This document shows, one piece after another, positions 52,755-64,000 of a DNA stretch of 64,000 bases. Origin of the DNA: Cenococcum geophilum (taxonomy: Eukaryota); NCBI GenBank assembly GCA_050273025.1, contig CP158636.1:8060001-8124000 (forward strand), read 5' to 3'. Within the stretch, counting starts at the first letter, position 1. The number at the start of each line of letters is the position of its first letter. The position numbers and the translations under genes are program-made. The notes beneath the pieces are model-generated. The model worked only from the letters and a program-made list of their open reading frames with translations. It was not told where the DNA came from and made no database searches.

Positions 52755-55700
52755 TGTTACGGAACACCCCCGTGACACCTTATATACGTCCACCTATTTC
52801 CACCAACTTAGTAACTAAAGACCGACTACGAGACCGCAATTTGCCGCAATCTATGGCAATTTAATGGCAATCTGCCGCATTCTGCCATATTCTACTAAGT
52901 TCTACTAAATCCCACCAAGTTCTGCTAGGACCGCTACTTAAATCCTATCCTGCTCCGTATATATATTAACTAAGCAACTAAGTCCATAATATATACCCTT
53001 TCTCCCCATTTTTCTACCTTCTTTCCTTATATAATATCTTAACTTCCTTATATAGTTTATGTACATAGCTTAATAATATCTACCTTGCTATATATTATTA
53101 TCGCTTATACTTACTCCGTAACACTACGTTACGTTAACTACCTATATTACTATTAATATACAGAACGAACTTAAAGCTCCTATAACGGCCGCCGGTATTA
53201 TATTTACACTCTAAGAATAATTAGCAGAGATATAGAAGTCTTTTATAGACGCCCTGATATAAAACTAAGCCACTTTAAATTAATAATAAGCTGAATAAGA
53301 ACCACGACACTAATAATTAATTAAGGACCTCTAAGAAGAAGTCCGCACCCTTAAGATGCCTACGCTAGGGCCCTAAGACCGAACGCTATTTTTAGAGATA
53401 AATACGTAGAATGAGAGTCCTAAACCTATAGTAGTTATCCACCCTAAACCAACTACTATATTAAAACGATTTAAACAACTACTAGATCCCCCGGTATTTA
53501 CTAATAAATAATAAGAACACTAATTATTCCTAAGCCAGCTTAAAAATAAGTTAACTAGTAACGCTAACTGTTACCTAACTAAAGCTAACCGACTCTATTA
53601 CGCCTTAAGTTAACTAGGAAGAGAGGTAGCTAACCTTATTAAACCTCTTTAGCCAAACTTAGTATAAAGCCTAGTTGTACTTCTTAAAGCCTTATACGGT
53701 AACCTAAACCGCTAAGCTACTGTTTAGAGAAAGATAAACTATATAGCTTAAGGAACGAAAAGTTTCCTAGTATACTTCTCCAAATTTAACTATTATGCAA
53801 GGGAAATAGGCTGGAACAACTCCGCACTAATTAATAGCCTTATTAAATCTTTAAGCTTTAAACTAAAAACCTCCCTAATAGGCGTAGACTTATTAGAAGC
53901 CCTTAATGCCTACGTAAATATTATTAATAAACAGTATAATAATATACTACACCTAATACCAAAACACGCTCCTTAATATAATATAATAGCCCTGTAAACG
54001 TCTACTAAGTTATCTTAGCCTAAGCACCCTAACGCTATAGATATTAATACTAGAACCCTAGGATATGCCCTACTAGGGTCCTTTAAATAAGAACGACGCA
54101 TTAAGCTAGGCCTTTGCTTTAAATATAGAAGTAACTCCTACCTCTTTAACTACTGCTCCGGCCCTTTTTTAAAAGATCTATAAATAGTTAACACTAGTAG
54201 CTTACCGCCCTAATCCTCTAGCTACCATCCCCGATTTTTATCTAGCTCTAGCTTAATAATTAGTAAGCACCGTTTATAAGTATAAAGCTCTAACTAACGT
54301 CCTATAAGAACTTTACCCTAGTCGCCTTTAAAAGGAAAATCCTGGAGCTAAGTTACTTTCTAAAACGGCTCTGCTATAGGATCTTATTAAATACATTTAA
54401 TATTATAAACTCCGACTCTTAGGACCATAATATAACTATTAACTACCGTTTTTAGTAGAATAGTTAATAGGCTAATATTTAAATCCTAATCAATATAGGA
54501 GCTAGCGGCATAGGATTTATTAATAAGATCTTTACGTAAGATAATAGTTTTACCCTAACCCCCCTTAACCGGCATATTAATGTATTTAGATTTAATAGTA
54601 AACGCACCATCTTAGGCTATATTACCTATATAGTATTTCTAAGACTCCGATACCTAAACTATAAAGAATTAATTAAACTTTTCGTTACCACCCTAGGTTA
54701 CTTAGTAATCCTTAGATAACCCTAGATAAAGCTATATAAGATAACTATTAATTAGGATAACCTTAAGCTTTTATTTACCGCCTCCTATTATAAGTAGAAG
54801 TGCCTTATAACTTACTACTTAAACCTAAAACTAAAATCTAAAAAATTTACCAAGATCTACCAGTCTAAAATTTCTATAACTGTCTACTCTATACCCGAGG
54901 AATCTACCAGATTCTACTAACCTAGGAATTCCACTAAATTCTACTAATATAAGAATTTTACCAATATCTACTAAGGATTTAAAAACTCTACTAAATTCTA
55001 TAAGTTATTACTAAGCACTATACCGCCCTAAGCTAAGTAAAAGCTTAAGCTTAATATATAAAAATACCAGAAGGACTGGTATTCTACTATAAAAAGGATT
55101 CTTAAAGAACCTAAACCTAAATCTAATACTAACTCTATACCCGATACTAAACCTAAACCTAAATAAAAAACTATAGATAATCCAAGCGAGCTTGGCACCC
55201 TAAATATCCGCATAATTAGAGCTACCCCGCTAGCGCGACTTACTAAGAAACCCGAATATATAATCTTCGCTATTACTATAGCTGATATTAAGAAGGCCTT
55301 AGTACTAAAGAAGCACACTAACCCTACTATAAAGGTACTAGTAGAGTACTATAACCGCTTAGAGGTATTTTTATAAAAGGAAGCTGATAAGCTACCGGAA
55401 TACCAATTATACAACTATAAGATTGTACTTAAAGAAGGAAAACAGCCTAGATTTAGACCCCTATATAGGATATCCTAAAACGAACTCTAAGTGCTATAAA
55501 AGTATTTAGATAAGAACCTAAGTAAAGGATTTATTAAAGTAAACTTATCGCCTATAGCCGTACTAGTAATCTTTATTAAGAAACCCGGCGGCGGTCTATA
55601 CTTCTATATAAACTACTAAGCTTTTAACGCCGTTACTGTTAAGAACTAATATCCAATCCTATTAATATAGGAGATACTAAACTAACTAAGTAAGGCTCGC

Positions 55701-58700
55701 TACTATACAAAGCTTAATATTATCTCTGTATTTAACCGCCTCCGTATAGTAAAAGGAGATAAATAGCTTACTATATTTCGTACTTAGTATATATTATTTA
55801 AATACTTAGTAACGCTATTCGGCCTCATAAATGCTTTAAGCTTGTTTTAATATTATGTAAATAACACCCTATATCCTTACCTGGATATCTTCTATACTAT
55901 TTATATTAACAATATTTTAATATATAGTAATAACCTAACTAAATATTAGAAATATGTTAACTTTATTTTATAAGCCCTGTACGGAGCTAGTCTATAATTA
56001 GATATAGATAAATACAAATTTTATAAAACGGAAGTCCTATACCTTAGACTCCTTATTTATATAAATAGTATATAAATAGACCCAAAGAAAGTTAAAGTAA
56101 TTATAAACTAGTAAGAGCCTAAGAACGTTAAGGATATAAAAGCCTTTATAGGATTTGCTAATTTTTATTAACGGTTTATCGATAACTTCTCCGCCCTAGT
56201 TTTACCCCTTATAGCTCTAACCTAAAAGGATAAAGCCTTTATCTTTAATAAGGAATATAAGAAGGCCTTTACTTACCTAAAGGTTATATTTACTACTATA
56301 CTTATACTTTAACACTTTAACCTAGAACAAATAAGTATTATAGAAGCTAACTTATCTAATTATATTACTAAAGGCATTCTGTCTTAATATAATAAAAAAG
56401 GAGTATTATACCCCGTAGTATACTTCTTAAAGTAACTAAGCCCTACTAAATATAATTACAAGATCTATAATAAAGAATTATTAGCCATTATTAGATGCTT
56501 TAAGTAATGGCGACCTAAACTAAAAGGCGCTGGATTTCTAATTAAGGTTTTAAGCGACTATAAGAACCTATAGTACTTTATAACTATAAAATAGCTAAGT
56601 TATTATTAGACCTATTAGTTAGAATATCTATCTCGTTTCTAATTCTTAATTATATATTGCCTAGGCGTTTAAGGTTAAAAGCCTAATACCTTAACCTAAT
56701 GCTTATAAGATACGCCAGCTCTAGAAAAAGCGCGCTCTTATTAAAATTAGACCCTACTTCGCCCTAAACTATTTAACCTTCCTACTAAAGATCTTATAGT
56801 ATACGTCCTTAAAATAACTGATTAATTAATTAAATAGATTATAGTTAACGAATACCCAAATAACGAGTTTATTTAAAAGACGCTTAAGCTAATATAAGAT
56901 AGCATTAGACACTCTAAAAAGATTTCTTTAAGTAAATATAAAGCTCGCGGAAACCACTTATATTACTAGAACTGCCTAGTTATACCTAACTATAACAAAC
57001 TTAAGCTTAAGCTCCTTAAATATGCACACAATTTACTAGTAGCCGGCCACGTAGGCTAAGGAAAAACCCTAAAACTGCTCTAATAAGAATATATAATATA
57101 AAGGTATATCTCTAGCTACTATATCTACTAATAAGCCAAAGCTTTATATAAGACGTATAATGGCCTCCTAAAGCTACTGCCTGTTCCGGACTAAAGATAG
57201 AAGGATATCTTAATCGACTTTGTTATTAACCTCCCTATAAGTAAGAGCTGTATAAATATTATAGTAGTTATAGACTAACTATCTAAGATAAGATACTTAA
57301 TCGCCTGCCCTAATATATTAACGCCTACTATTGCCTAACTGTTTCTAGATTACGTATAGAAACTCTACGGACTCCCCAAAACAATTATCTCCGATAAAGG
57401 TAGCTAGTTTATCTCTATATTCTAGAAAGAACTAACTACCTAACTCCGTATTAAAGTACTACTATTTACTATATATTACCCGGAAACAGACGGTTAAATA
57501 TAATGTGTAAACGCTATAATAGAATAGTATATCTAGATATACACGTTATATTTATAAAATAACTAGATTAACTAGCTTATATTTACCGAGCTTACTATAA
57601 ATAATTTCGTCTTAGAAACTATAAAGGTCTCCCTATTCCTGGCTAATTACAGCTAGTATCTATAAATGGGTTTTAAACCTTTTAGTAATGTTCCTCGCCC
57701 TACTTATTACGCCTTATAAGTTATAGAAGCAAATAAATTTATAGAGAAGATGGAGGAACTATAACGGTTTCTTACTAATAAAATAACATAGGCCTAATCT
57801 GTTTATGAAGCCGTAGCGAATAAGAAACGAACCCTAGTACTAGCCTACTAAATTAGTAACTTTATTTGGCTAGATATAAGAAACCTAAATATAAAACAAC
57901 CTGCTAAAAAACTTAATTAGAAGAACGCTAGCCCTTATAAGATTAAGAAGGTTGTTTCCTCTTACATCTACCAACTAAAGCTCCCTAATACGGTTAAAAT
58001 CTATCCCGTATTCCATATATTAGTCCTCTACCCTACTGCCCCCGTATTAGACGCCCTACCTAGATAGATATAAGACCCTCCCCTACTAGTTAAAGTGGAT
58101 AGCAAGAACGAGTACTTTGTTAAAAGAATTGACGACATTAAGTATAATAAGCGGAAACGCTAATATATATACCTTACAAAATAGAGAGGCTTTACTAAGC
58201 CCTTATAGGAACCCGTTAACTCTATAGGACTTATATAAGCTGCAGAAAACTTTTATAAACTTTACGTAGAACTATTATAGCCCCATCTCGCAGAAGCTTA
58301 AGTTTAAAGGGGGGGTACTATTACGGAATACCCCTATAATACCTTATACACGTCTACCTGTTTCTACTAACTTAGCAACTAAAGACCGACTATAAGACCG
58401 TAATTTGCCGCAATCTATAGCAATCTAACGGCAATCTGCCGCATTCTGCTATATTTTACTAAGTTCTACTAAATCCTACTAAGTTCTACTAAATCCTACT
58501 AAGTTCTACTAAATCCTACTAAGTTCTACTAAATCCTACTAAGTTCTACTAAATCCTACTAAGTTCTACTAAATCCTACTAAGTTCTACTAAATCCTACT
58601 AAGTTCTACTAAATCCTACTAAGTTCTACTAAATCCTACTAAGTTCTACTAAATCCTACTAAGTTCTACTAGGACTGCTACCTAAATCCTATCCTGCTCT

Positions 58701-58867
58701 ATATATGTGTTGACTAAGTAACTAAGTCCACAATATATACCCTTTCTCCCCATTTTCCTACCTTCTTTTCTTACGCAACGTCTTGACTTCCTTATACAGT
58801 TTATATATATAGCTTAATAATATCTACCTTACTCTATATTATTATCGCTTATACTTACTCCGTAACA
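52755..58867 (+). mobile_element. Full-length chromoviral Gypsy G3, copy 3
   Basis: LTRs at 52755-53123 (369 bp) and 58319-58867 (549 bp); TSD TAGCG; PPT at about 58306-58318. Reverse-complement match to copies 1 and 2. Confidence 0.96.
58461..58670 (+). repeat. Perfect 20-bp tandem array (AAGTTCTACTAAATCCTACT) x10.5 inside the 3' LTR of G3 copy 3
   Basis: Directly visible. The 5' LTR has 1.5 units, and the 180-bp LTR length difference equals 9 units. Confidence 0.97.
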
Positions 58868-61353
58868 TAGCGTGCCTACCTTAGGCCTATTAGTTATTCT
58901 TTATATAGGTACTCTATCCTTAGTATAACCTAATATACTAAATCTCTAGTCTAGTTTCTATTCTTACTATATAAGGATTCTTTATCTAAACTTCTCTATA
59001 GTTTCTTTTATTTTTCGCCTTATAAGTAAATTTTTAAAGTCTTTTTACTTCTTAATCTTAGTATTAATTTTCTTAATAGTCCTTATTTATATATTAAAGT
59101 CTTAGTCCTATAAAACTCTTAATCCTAAGCTTACTTCTTTTTTAAGTTTAGCTCTAGCCTTAGTCTAACTAGGCTTCTATAGTATTTTTATCTTATTTAT
59201 ATATTACTAAACTAAGCCGTTGCTCTGCTTTATTAGTTATCGTCTATTATAGGTTTTTAAGCTTATCTTATCTCTTCTTAAGAATTTTAAGCGTCTTTTA
59301 TCTCTTCTTAAGAATCTTAAGCCTGTGGCCTTTTACTTTTATTAAGTACTAAAGTGGTTTATTATTTTACTTCTCTTATGTTTTATAAAGTAATAGATAT
59401 TATATCTAGTGGGGTCTTAATCCCTACTAATATTCCCTATTTTATAATAGAATTATCCTCTACCTTTATTATAATATCTTTAAGGTTTATACGCTTCTAG
59501 TAAGCTACCTTTATTTCCTTATTATTATTAAAGGTTTTGCCTATATTAAACTTATTATTTTTAATATCTAATCTATAAGATAGTTTATTAGTTTCTTTAA
59601 ACTCTATTAACTTTAGCTCTTATAACTAGTAGCTTACGCTATACTTAGCATCCTTATAAATTTAGTATGCGTTATTATAATAAAACGTAAAACTCTTAAT
59701 TAAACATTCTTTTATTCCTTATAGTATATTATTATCCCTTTATATATATATATATCGTCTACTAGTCTTATTTTTTTACCATATAATAACCCTAATTACT
59801 TCTATAGTCTCTAATAAAATAACCTTATTTTCTATAATTTATATAAGCTCCTTTTTTAAACCATTTTTCTTACTATAGAGTCCGCCTAAATATCTTCTAC
59901 TATTAAGATCCCTAGTTCGGCCTCTACTTCTTAAATCTTTAATTACTTAATCCTTATTTTTTAGGTTTCTATAGTTTCTTATTTTATTTTATATTTTTTT
60001 TAGTACTACTTAGGTCTATTAGCTCTACACTATACTATAGTTTTAGGTTTTAACTTTATTATTATATACCCTACGCCTTATATAACTATAAAACTCTATC
60101 CTAGCCCTTTTTAGTCTACTCTCTTTAGTAAATCCTATTATTAATCTTAATTACTTAATTAATTAATTCCCTAAAAGTATCCATATCTTTTATTAAAATA
60201 ATTACGTCCTAGACTTTTGCTTTAAGTCCTTATTTATATTATACTATAAGCGCCTTATTATTCTATTTAACTTACGTAGCTAATATCTAAAACTATATTA
60301 TATACTTAATTACTAAGGTTTATTACGTTACGTTTTAAAGCTTTTTTTTACTATAGTAGTTACTTCTAGGTCTTTAAATATTTATATTAGGCGTTTTACA
60401 AACCCGTTCTAACTAGTAAATATATTATACTTTTTAGTTAGTAGTTGCTATACCGCTTTCTTATACCTCTATAAGGTAAGGTTTAAACTACTTAAGTACT
60501 CTTCCTAATAGGAATAGTCCTATATAGGCTATTTAATCTATAGGTATTGCTAGCTTTGCTCCCTTTTATATAACCTTAAAGTATATCTATATAAGAAATC
60601 CTTTAAGTTTTAACTTCTTACCTAAGAATCTCTTAATAGATAGTAGCTTAATCTTTACTACTCCTATCCTATTAATCCTTTCTTTAAGTATCCTATTATT
60701 GTCTATTAATTAATTAACTATAGCTTACAATTATCCAACCGTAACTAGCTAAGAGTTAGTATTTGCTATACTAGTATTATTACCTAATCCTAATATAGTT
60801 GTTGCCGTTAACGTTATAACCTAAGGTTATAGTAAATATATAATAAAGCCTTATAGGAAATACTATAGTAGACTTATTAATAGGCTAGGTATATAGGTAT
60901 AGAATAGTTAATAATATAAATATAACTAGTAGAGTGGTTACCTAACAGATTAACTCTAATTATATTCTAAGATTTACTATAAAGAAGAGAAACTATCTAT
61001 AGAGACTATATATCCTTAAATATATAACTCCTCCCTATAGTAAAGGTTTAGTATATTAATATATTAGTACGTTAGTACATTATATTCCTACGTTCCTACG
61101 TTCCTATATTCTAAACTTATAATATAACTGGCTACGTAACTTAGCTACCCCTTATTTTATAGCTTAATCGGTTCTAGTGCCTCCTATACTATTTTAACTA
61201 ACCCGTTTATATCCCTTCTTAGTAGTGCTACTACTGCCGATATAAGGTCCGTAACACTCTTTATTTTTATCCTTAAAGATATTCCCTATCTCTAAGTTAT
61301 CTATTAGAGGTATAGCATTCTTTTCTTTAATTTAATAACCTTTATTATTTTTA

Positions 61354-62014
61354 ATACCTCCTATTAAATCCTCTACGTTTAATTATTATAATTAGCTAGT
61401 AATATTTATTCTTTTACTTAGTAAAGTTATACTATCCTATTCTTATTATACAGAGAAGAAGTTAGTATATATTATAATTATAGCTCTGTTTAGTTACTAA
61501 CCTTCTTTATATACTAAGTATACGCGAGCAAATATATAATCGTCCTATAATATTTAATCTGTCTTTAACGCTAAATATATACGTTTTATTATTCTTTATA
61601 ATTATCTAGTTCCTTATCTAATTTATCTTAGGGTCTTATATATTAGTAGCGGCTAAAAAACTAAAGAATAAGCTAGCTAAGGCCCTTATTAAAGTTTAAT
61701 ATTATTTTAATAAGGCGTCTTAGGCTCTAAAAGCTTAACTAAATACTTATACTCGCCTAAGCCGTCTAGTAAAAGTTTACGAAAAGATATAGTTAAAGGA
61801 GTTATATTTAGTAGAGTAAGGTCTATTTAAGCTTAAGGCTAAAGAGGCTAAAAAAGATTCTAATTAGAATAAGGCGGAAATAACTAATATACTAGTAGTA
61901 GATCTCTTAAATAATCCGGCTTATCTACTACCCTTAACTAATCCCTTTATCTTTAGCTCCTTCTTAATATTATCTAACCTATTCTCTTTTAATACTTCTA
62001 TACCTTTTCTATAG
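61354..62014 (+). pseudogene. RIP-inactivated antisense accessory gene of G2a (Zn2Cys6-like motif plus coiled coil; intron about 61577-61631)
   Basis: TAT codons spaced Y-x2-Y-x6-Y-x13-Y-x2-Y-x8-Y at 61438-61548. Splicing yields T|GG (Trp) and a continuing A/E/K/L-rich frame. 3' end approximate. Confidence 0.7.
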
Positions 62015-62459
62015 TATTTTTTAAATTGTATAATAGTTTCTAAGTAGTTTTATTATAGCCTATCTACTTAACCTTATACTATATTTTATTATTAATATCC
62101 TTATAACTAATAATCTTTAAAACTTACTATTTATCTTCTTTTTATTCTTTATACGTATCTACTTTATAAATTAGTAGCTTAATATTCCTATATACTAGCT
62201 CTAGTATTATAATATACTATATAGAGTAGATCTTAATTTTAGCTAGTAGGTTTAACTTAAATATAACTAGTAAAATTCTTTATATAATTTTAAAAGGTTC
62301 TAGCCTAATATAGTCTAATTTCTTACTTAGTTATTAACTCTTAAAATTTTTATATAGTAGCTATACTTTATTTCCCTCCTTAAGATCTAGTCCCTTAAAT
62401 CTCTTAGCGTTATAGTACTTTTTTATTCTCTTTTATACCCTTTTCACTAATTCTATAAG

Positions 62460-62629
62460 TGTTGGTATACTCGCATTATTAACGTGCACGAATATTACTT
62501 GTAGTGGTACGTATGCGGTGTTGAAGTTGGTAGTTATTATTGTCTAGAAGTAAGGGATTGCTCCAAGGTCAGATTGGCTAGTCTCGCTTTATGGTCTCGT
62601 AACCACGTTATATAACTAACGTTCCGACA
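62460..62629. mobile_element. Probable lone LTR (170 bp) without matching TSD
   Basis: TGTTGG...CCGACA termini. Flanks ATAAG and CTAAA differ and belong to different elements. Confidence 0.6.
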
Positions 62630-63150
62630 CTAAAGCAACTCTAAAAAGAAGGCTAATCTACACTCTAAAGTTAAGTCTACTTCTAGACTATTTATAGTAT
62701 ATATATAATAGCTAGAGATCCAATTAATACGCAATAGCTTCTACGCTCCTTTTATAGGTCCGTAATTATATAACCTGTGTTACAGCTTATACAAATACCT
62801 CTAAACCGAAGCCTGTAGAATGCTGTATTATAAAGGTACTAAGATAAACTATATAATAAAATTAGGACGTTATATAAGGAAAGAAGGTAAGAAAATAGAA
62901 AGAAAGGGTATATATTATTAGCTTAGTTGCTTAACCAATACGTGTATAAAGCAGAATAGGATTTAGGTTATAGTCCTAGCAGAACTTAGTAGGATTTAGT
63001 AGACTTGGCAGAATATAGCAGAATGCCGTAGATTACCGTTAGATTGCTATTAGATTGCCGTTAGATTACTATTTTACGGTTAGTCTCTACTTGCTAAGTT
63101 AGTAAAAACAGGTAAACGTATATAAGGTGTTGCGGAGGTGTCCTATAACA
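62630..63150 (-). mobile_element. G3-variant 5' LTR (62778-63150) with PBS and about 150 bp of leader
   Basis: About 62865-63150 matches G3 LTRs but the U5 part (62778-62860) differs. TGTTAC...ATAACA termini. The adjacent TTATATAAC is complementary to GTTATATAA within the LTR. Confidence 0.75.
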
Positions 63151-64000
63151 CTAAGGAAAAGAAAAAGAAGAATTGTTAGGGGTAGAAGGTTAATATATCG
63201 CGAGGGCCGCTAAGGCGCTAGTGGTAAGCGAGCCAATAGCGATTTTTTATCCTGGGGATAGAAAATCCTAATTGGCTAATTAAATTTAGGGTCTATAGAA
63301 TATAGCAGGTAGCTGCCCTAGTACCGTTATAACCCGCAAACCACCTTATATTATTCCTTACGCTCCACCTAACCTACAGCCTATATATTAACTTGGTTCG
63401 TATTAATAAGTCGCTATAAAGCGACACAAGGCTTCCCCTTAGTCATCGCGTCCGTAGGGTTAGCTTTACCATTAATCTATTTAACCTCTATAATCTACTA
63501 GCGTTCGTAAGCTTATTATAGGCACATTATATTAATTATTAATCGCTTCTCTTATGTGGTTCTAAGTTGTATAAAACAGTTATATAGCGACTTAGAATCG
63601 GTATAAAGTATAAGCGGGAGGTTAATCTATAGGACCTTGTCTACCATAGACTTAATAGTGACGGCAATATTAAAGCTATAAGCTATTCCGTAGAGTTTAA
63701 AAGCCAGGATGCTTCTAGTAACTCTTTTATACTTAATTAAGCTTTAATAGACGATATTGGCCTTTTTAGTTGCGTTAGCTAGTATAATAATATAGCCAAT
63801 TTATAAAGAGAGGTCCTTATTATTAGTAAAGGAAGCGTTTATAAAGACTAAGAGCTATAAAGTCTTAGCCTCCAATTTAATAAACTTAAGATCTCTATAT
63901 AAGTTCTAAATCTGCCAGCTTAGGCGCTTATTTAACTTTTTCATGTCTGCCTCCTTAGGATTAATTACCTAGGTAGTAATAGATAAGTTAAATAAAGCCT
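63151..64000 (-). mobile_element. Second GalEa-like Copia family: RT/RNase H C-terminus and 3' UTR, continuing off the right edge
   Basis: Minus strand reads ..GKANPTDAMTKGKPCVAL..GxVER, homologous to but diverged from 5985-6620. Confidence 0.85.

Larger units (their letters stand above)
45556..61256 (-). mobile_element. Full-length Gypsy G2b (about 7.7 kb net) nested in the PPT of G2a; carries a CACTA-like element and G3 copy 3
   Basis: LTRs at 45556-45973 and 60839-61256; TSD CTCTT at 45551-45555 and 61257-61261. Gag at about 59300-60830 with zinc knuckle near 59400, protease (LIDS) near 49960, RT about 48800-49450, RNase H, integrase and chromodomain about 46700-46860. Confidence 0.93.
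45119..62459 (-). mobile_element. Gypsy G2a: 3' LTR and PPT (45119-45555), resuming at 61257-62459 after the nested G2b; truncated in integrase
   Basis: LTR at 45119-45539 begins TGTAACGAAGCC at the break in C2 RNase H. 61257 onward matches 45985 onward. Confidence 0.88.
1..64000. other. RIP-degenerated nested transposon cluster (AT-rich, heterochromatin-like block) of a filamentous ascomycete
   Basis: Strong TpA excess. Paralogous copies differ mostly by C>T/G>A, e.g. LTR termini TG..CA read TA..TA at 1227, 3428, 5735 and 60839. All recognisable TE ORFs are broken by TAA/TAG at Gln/Trp/Arg positions. Confidence 0.95.

Noticed and set aside
58461..58670. CRISPR-like array
   Set aside because: No unique spacers; it is a pure tandem repeat inside a fungal LTR.
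1..64000. Species assignment or centromere call
   Set aside because: RIP and the TE families indicate Pezizomycotina, but nothing in the window identifies the species or proves centromere function.

Overview
No intact gene was found. The window is AT-rich, TE-saturated DNA of a filamentous ascomycete with a heavy repeat-induced point mutation (RIP) signature: CpA/TpG converted to TpA, and TE reading frames full of TAA/TAG stops. Target-site duplications (TSDs) resolve it as a nested stack. One Ty1/Copia element (C2, + strand, about 4.1 kb net) is spread over 3824-45118 and hosts nearly everything else. Its contents are: two full-length GalEa-type Copia elements; three full-length chromoviral Ty3/Gypsy elements of family G3; three copies of Gypsy family G2 plus a G2 relative (G1); two Tad-like LINE families; a hAT-like TIR element (8-bp TSD) inflated from about 3 kb to 24.5 kb; a TA-flanked MITE; a 1.9-kb CACTA-like non-autonomous element; and solo LTRs. 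The most interesting signal is an antisense, intron-containing gene between pol and the 3' LTR in all three G2 copies. After reversing RIP it encodes a Zn(II)2Cys6-spaced cysteine cluster plus a coiled coil. Other highlights are co-varying self-priming primer-binding-site (PBS)/R-region pairs in four Gypsy LTR types, and a spliced cargo gene in the hAT-like element that is a LINE insertion hotspot. All protein calls come from manual translation with mental RIP reversal; no searches were run. Internal ORF coordinates are approximate, while TSD-defined ends were read to the base.
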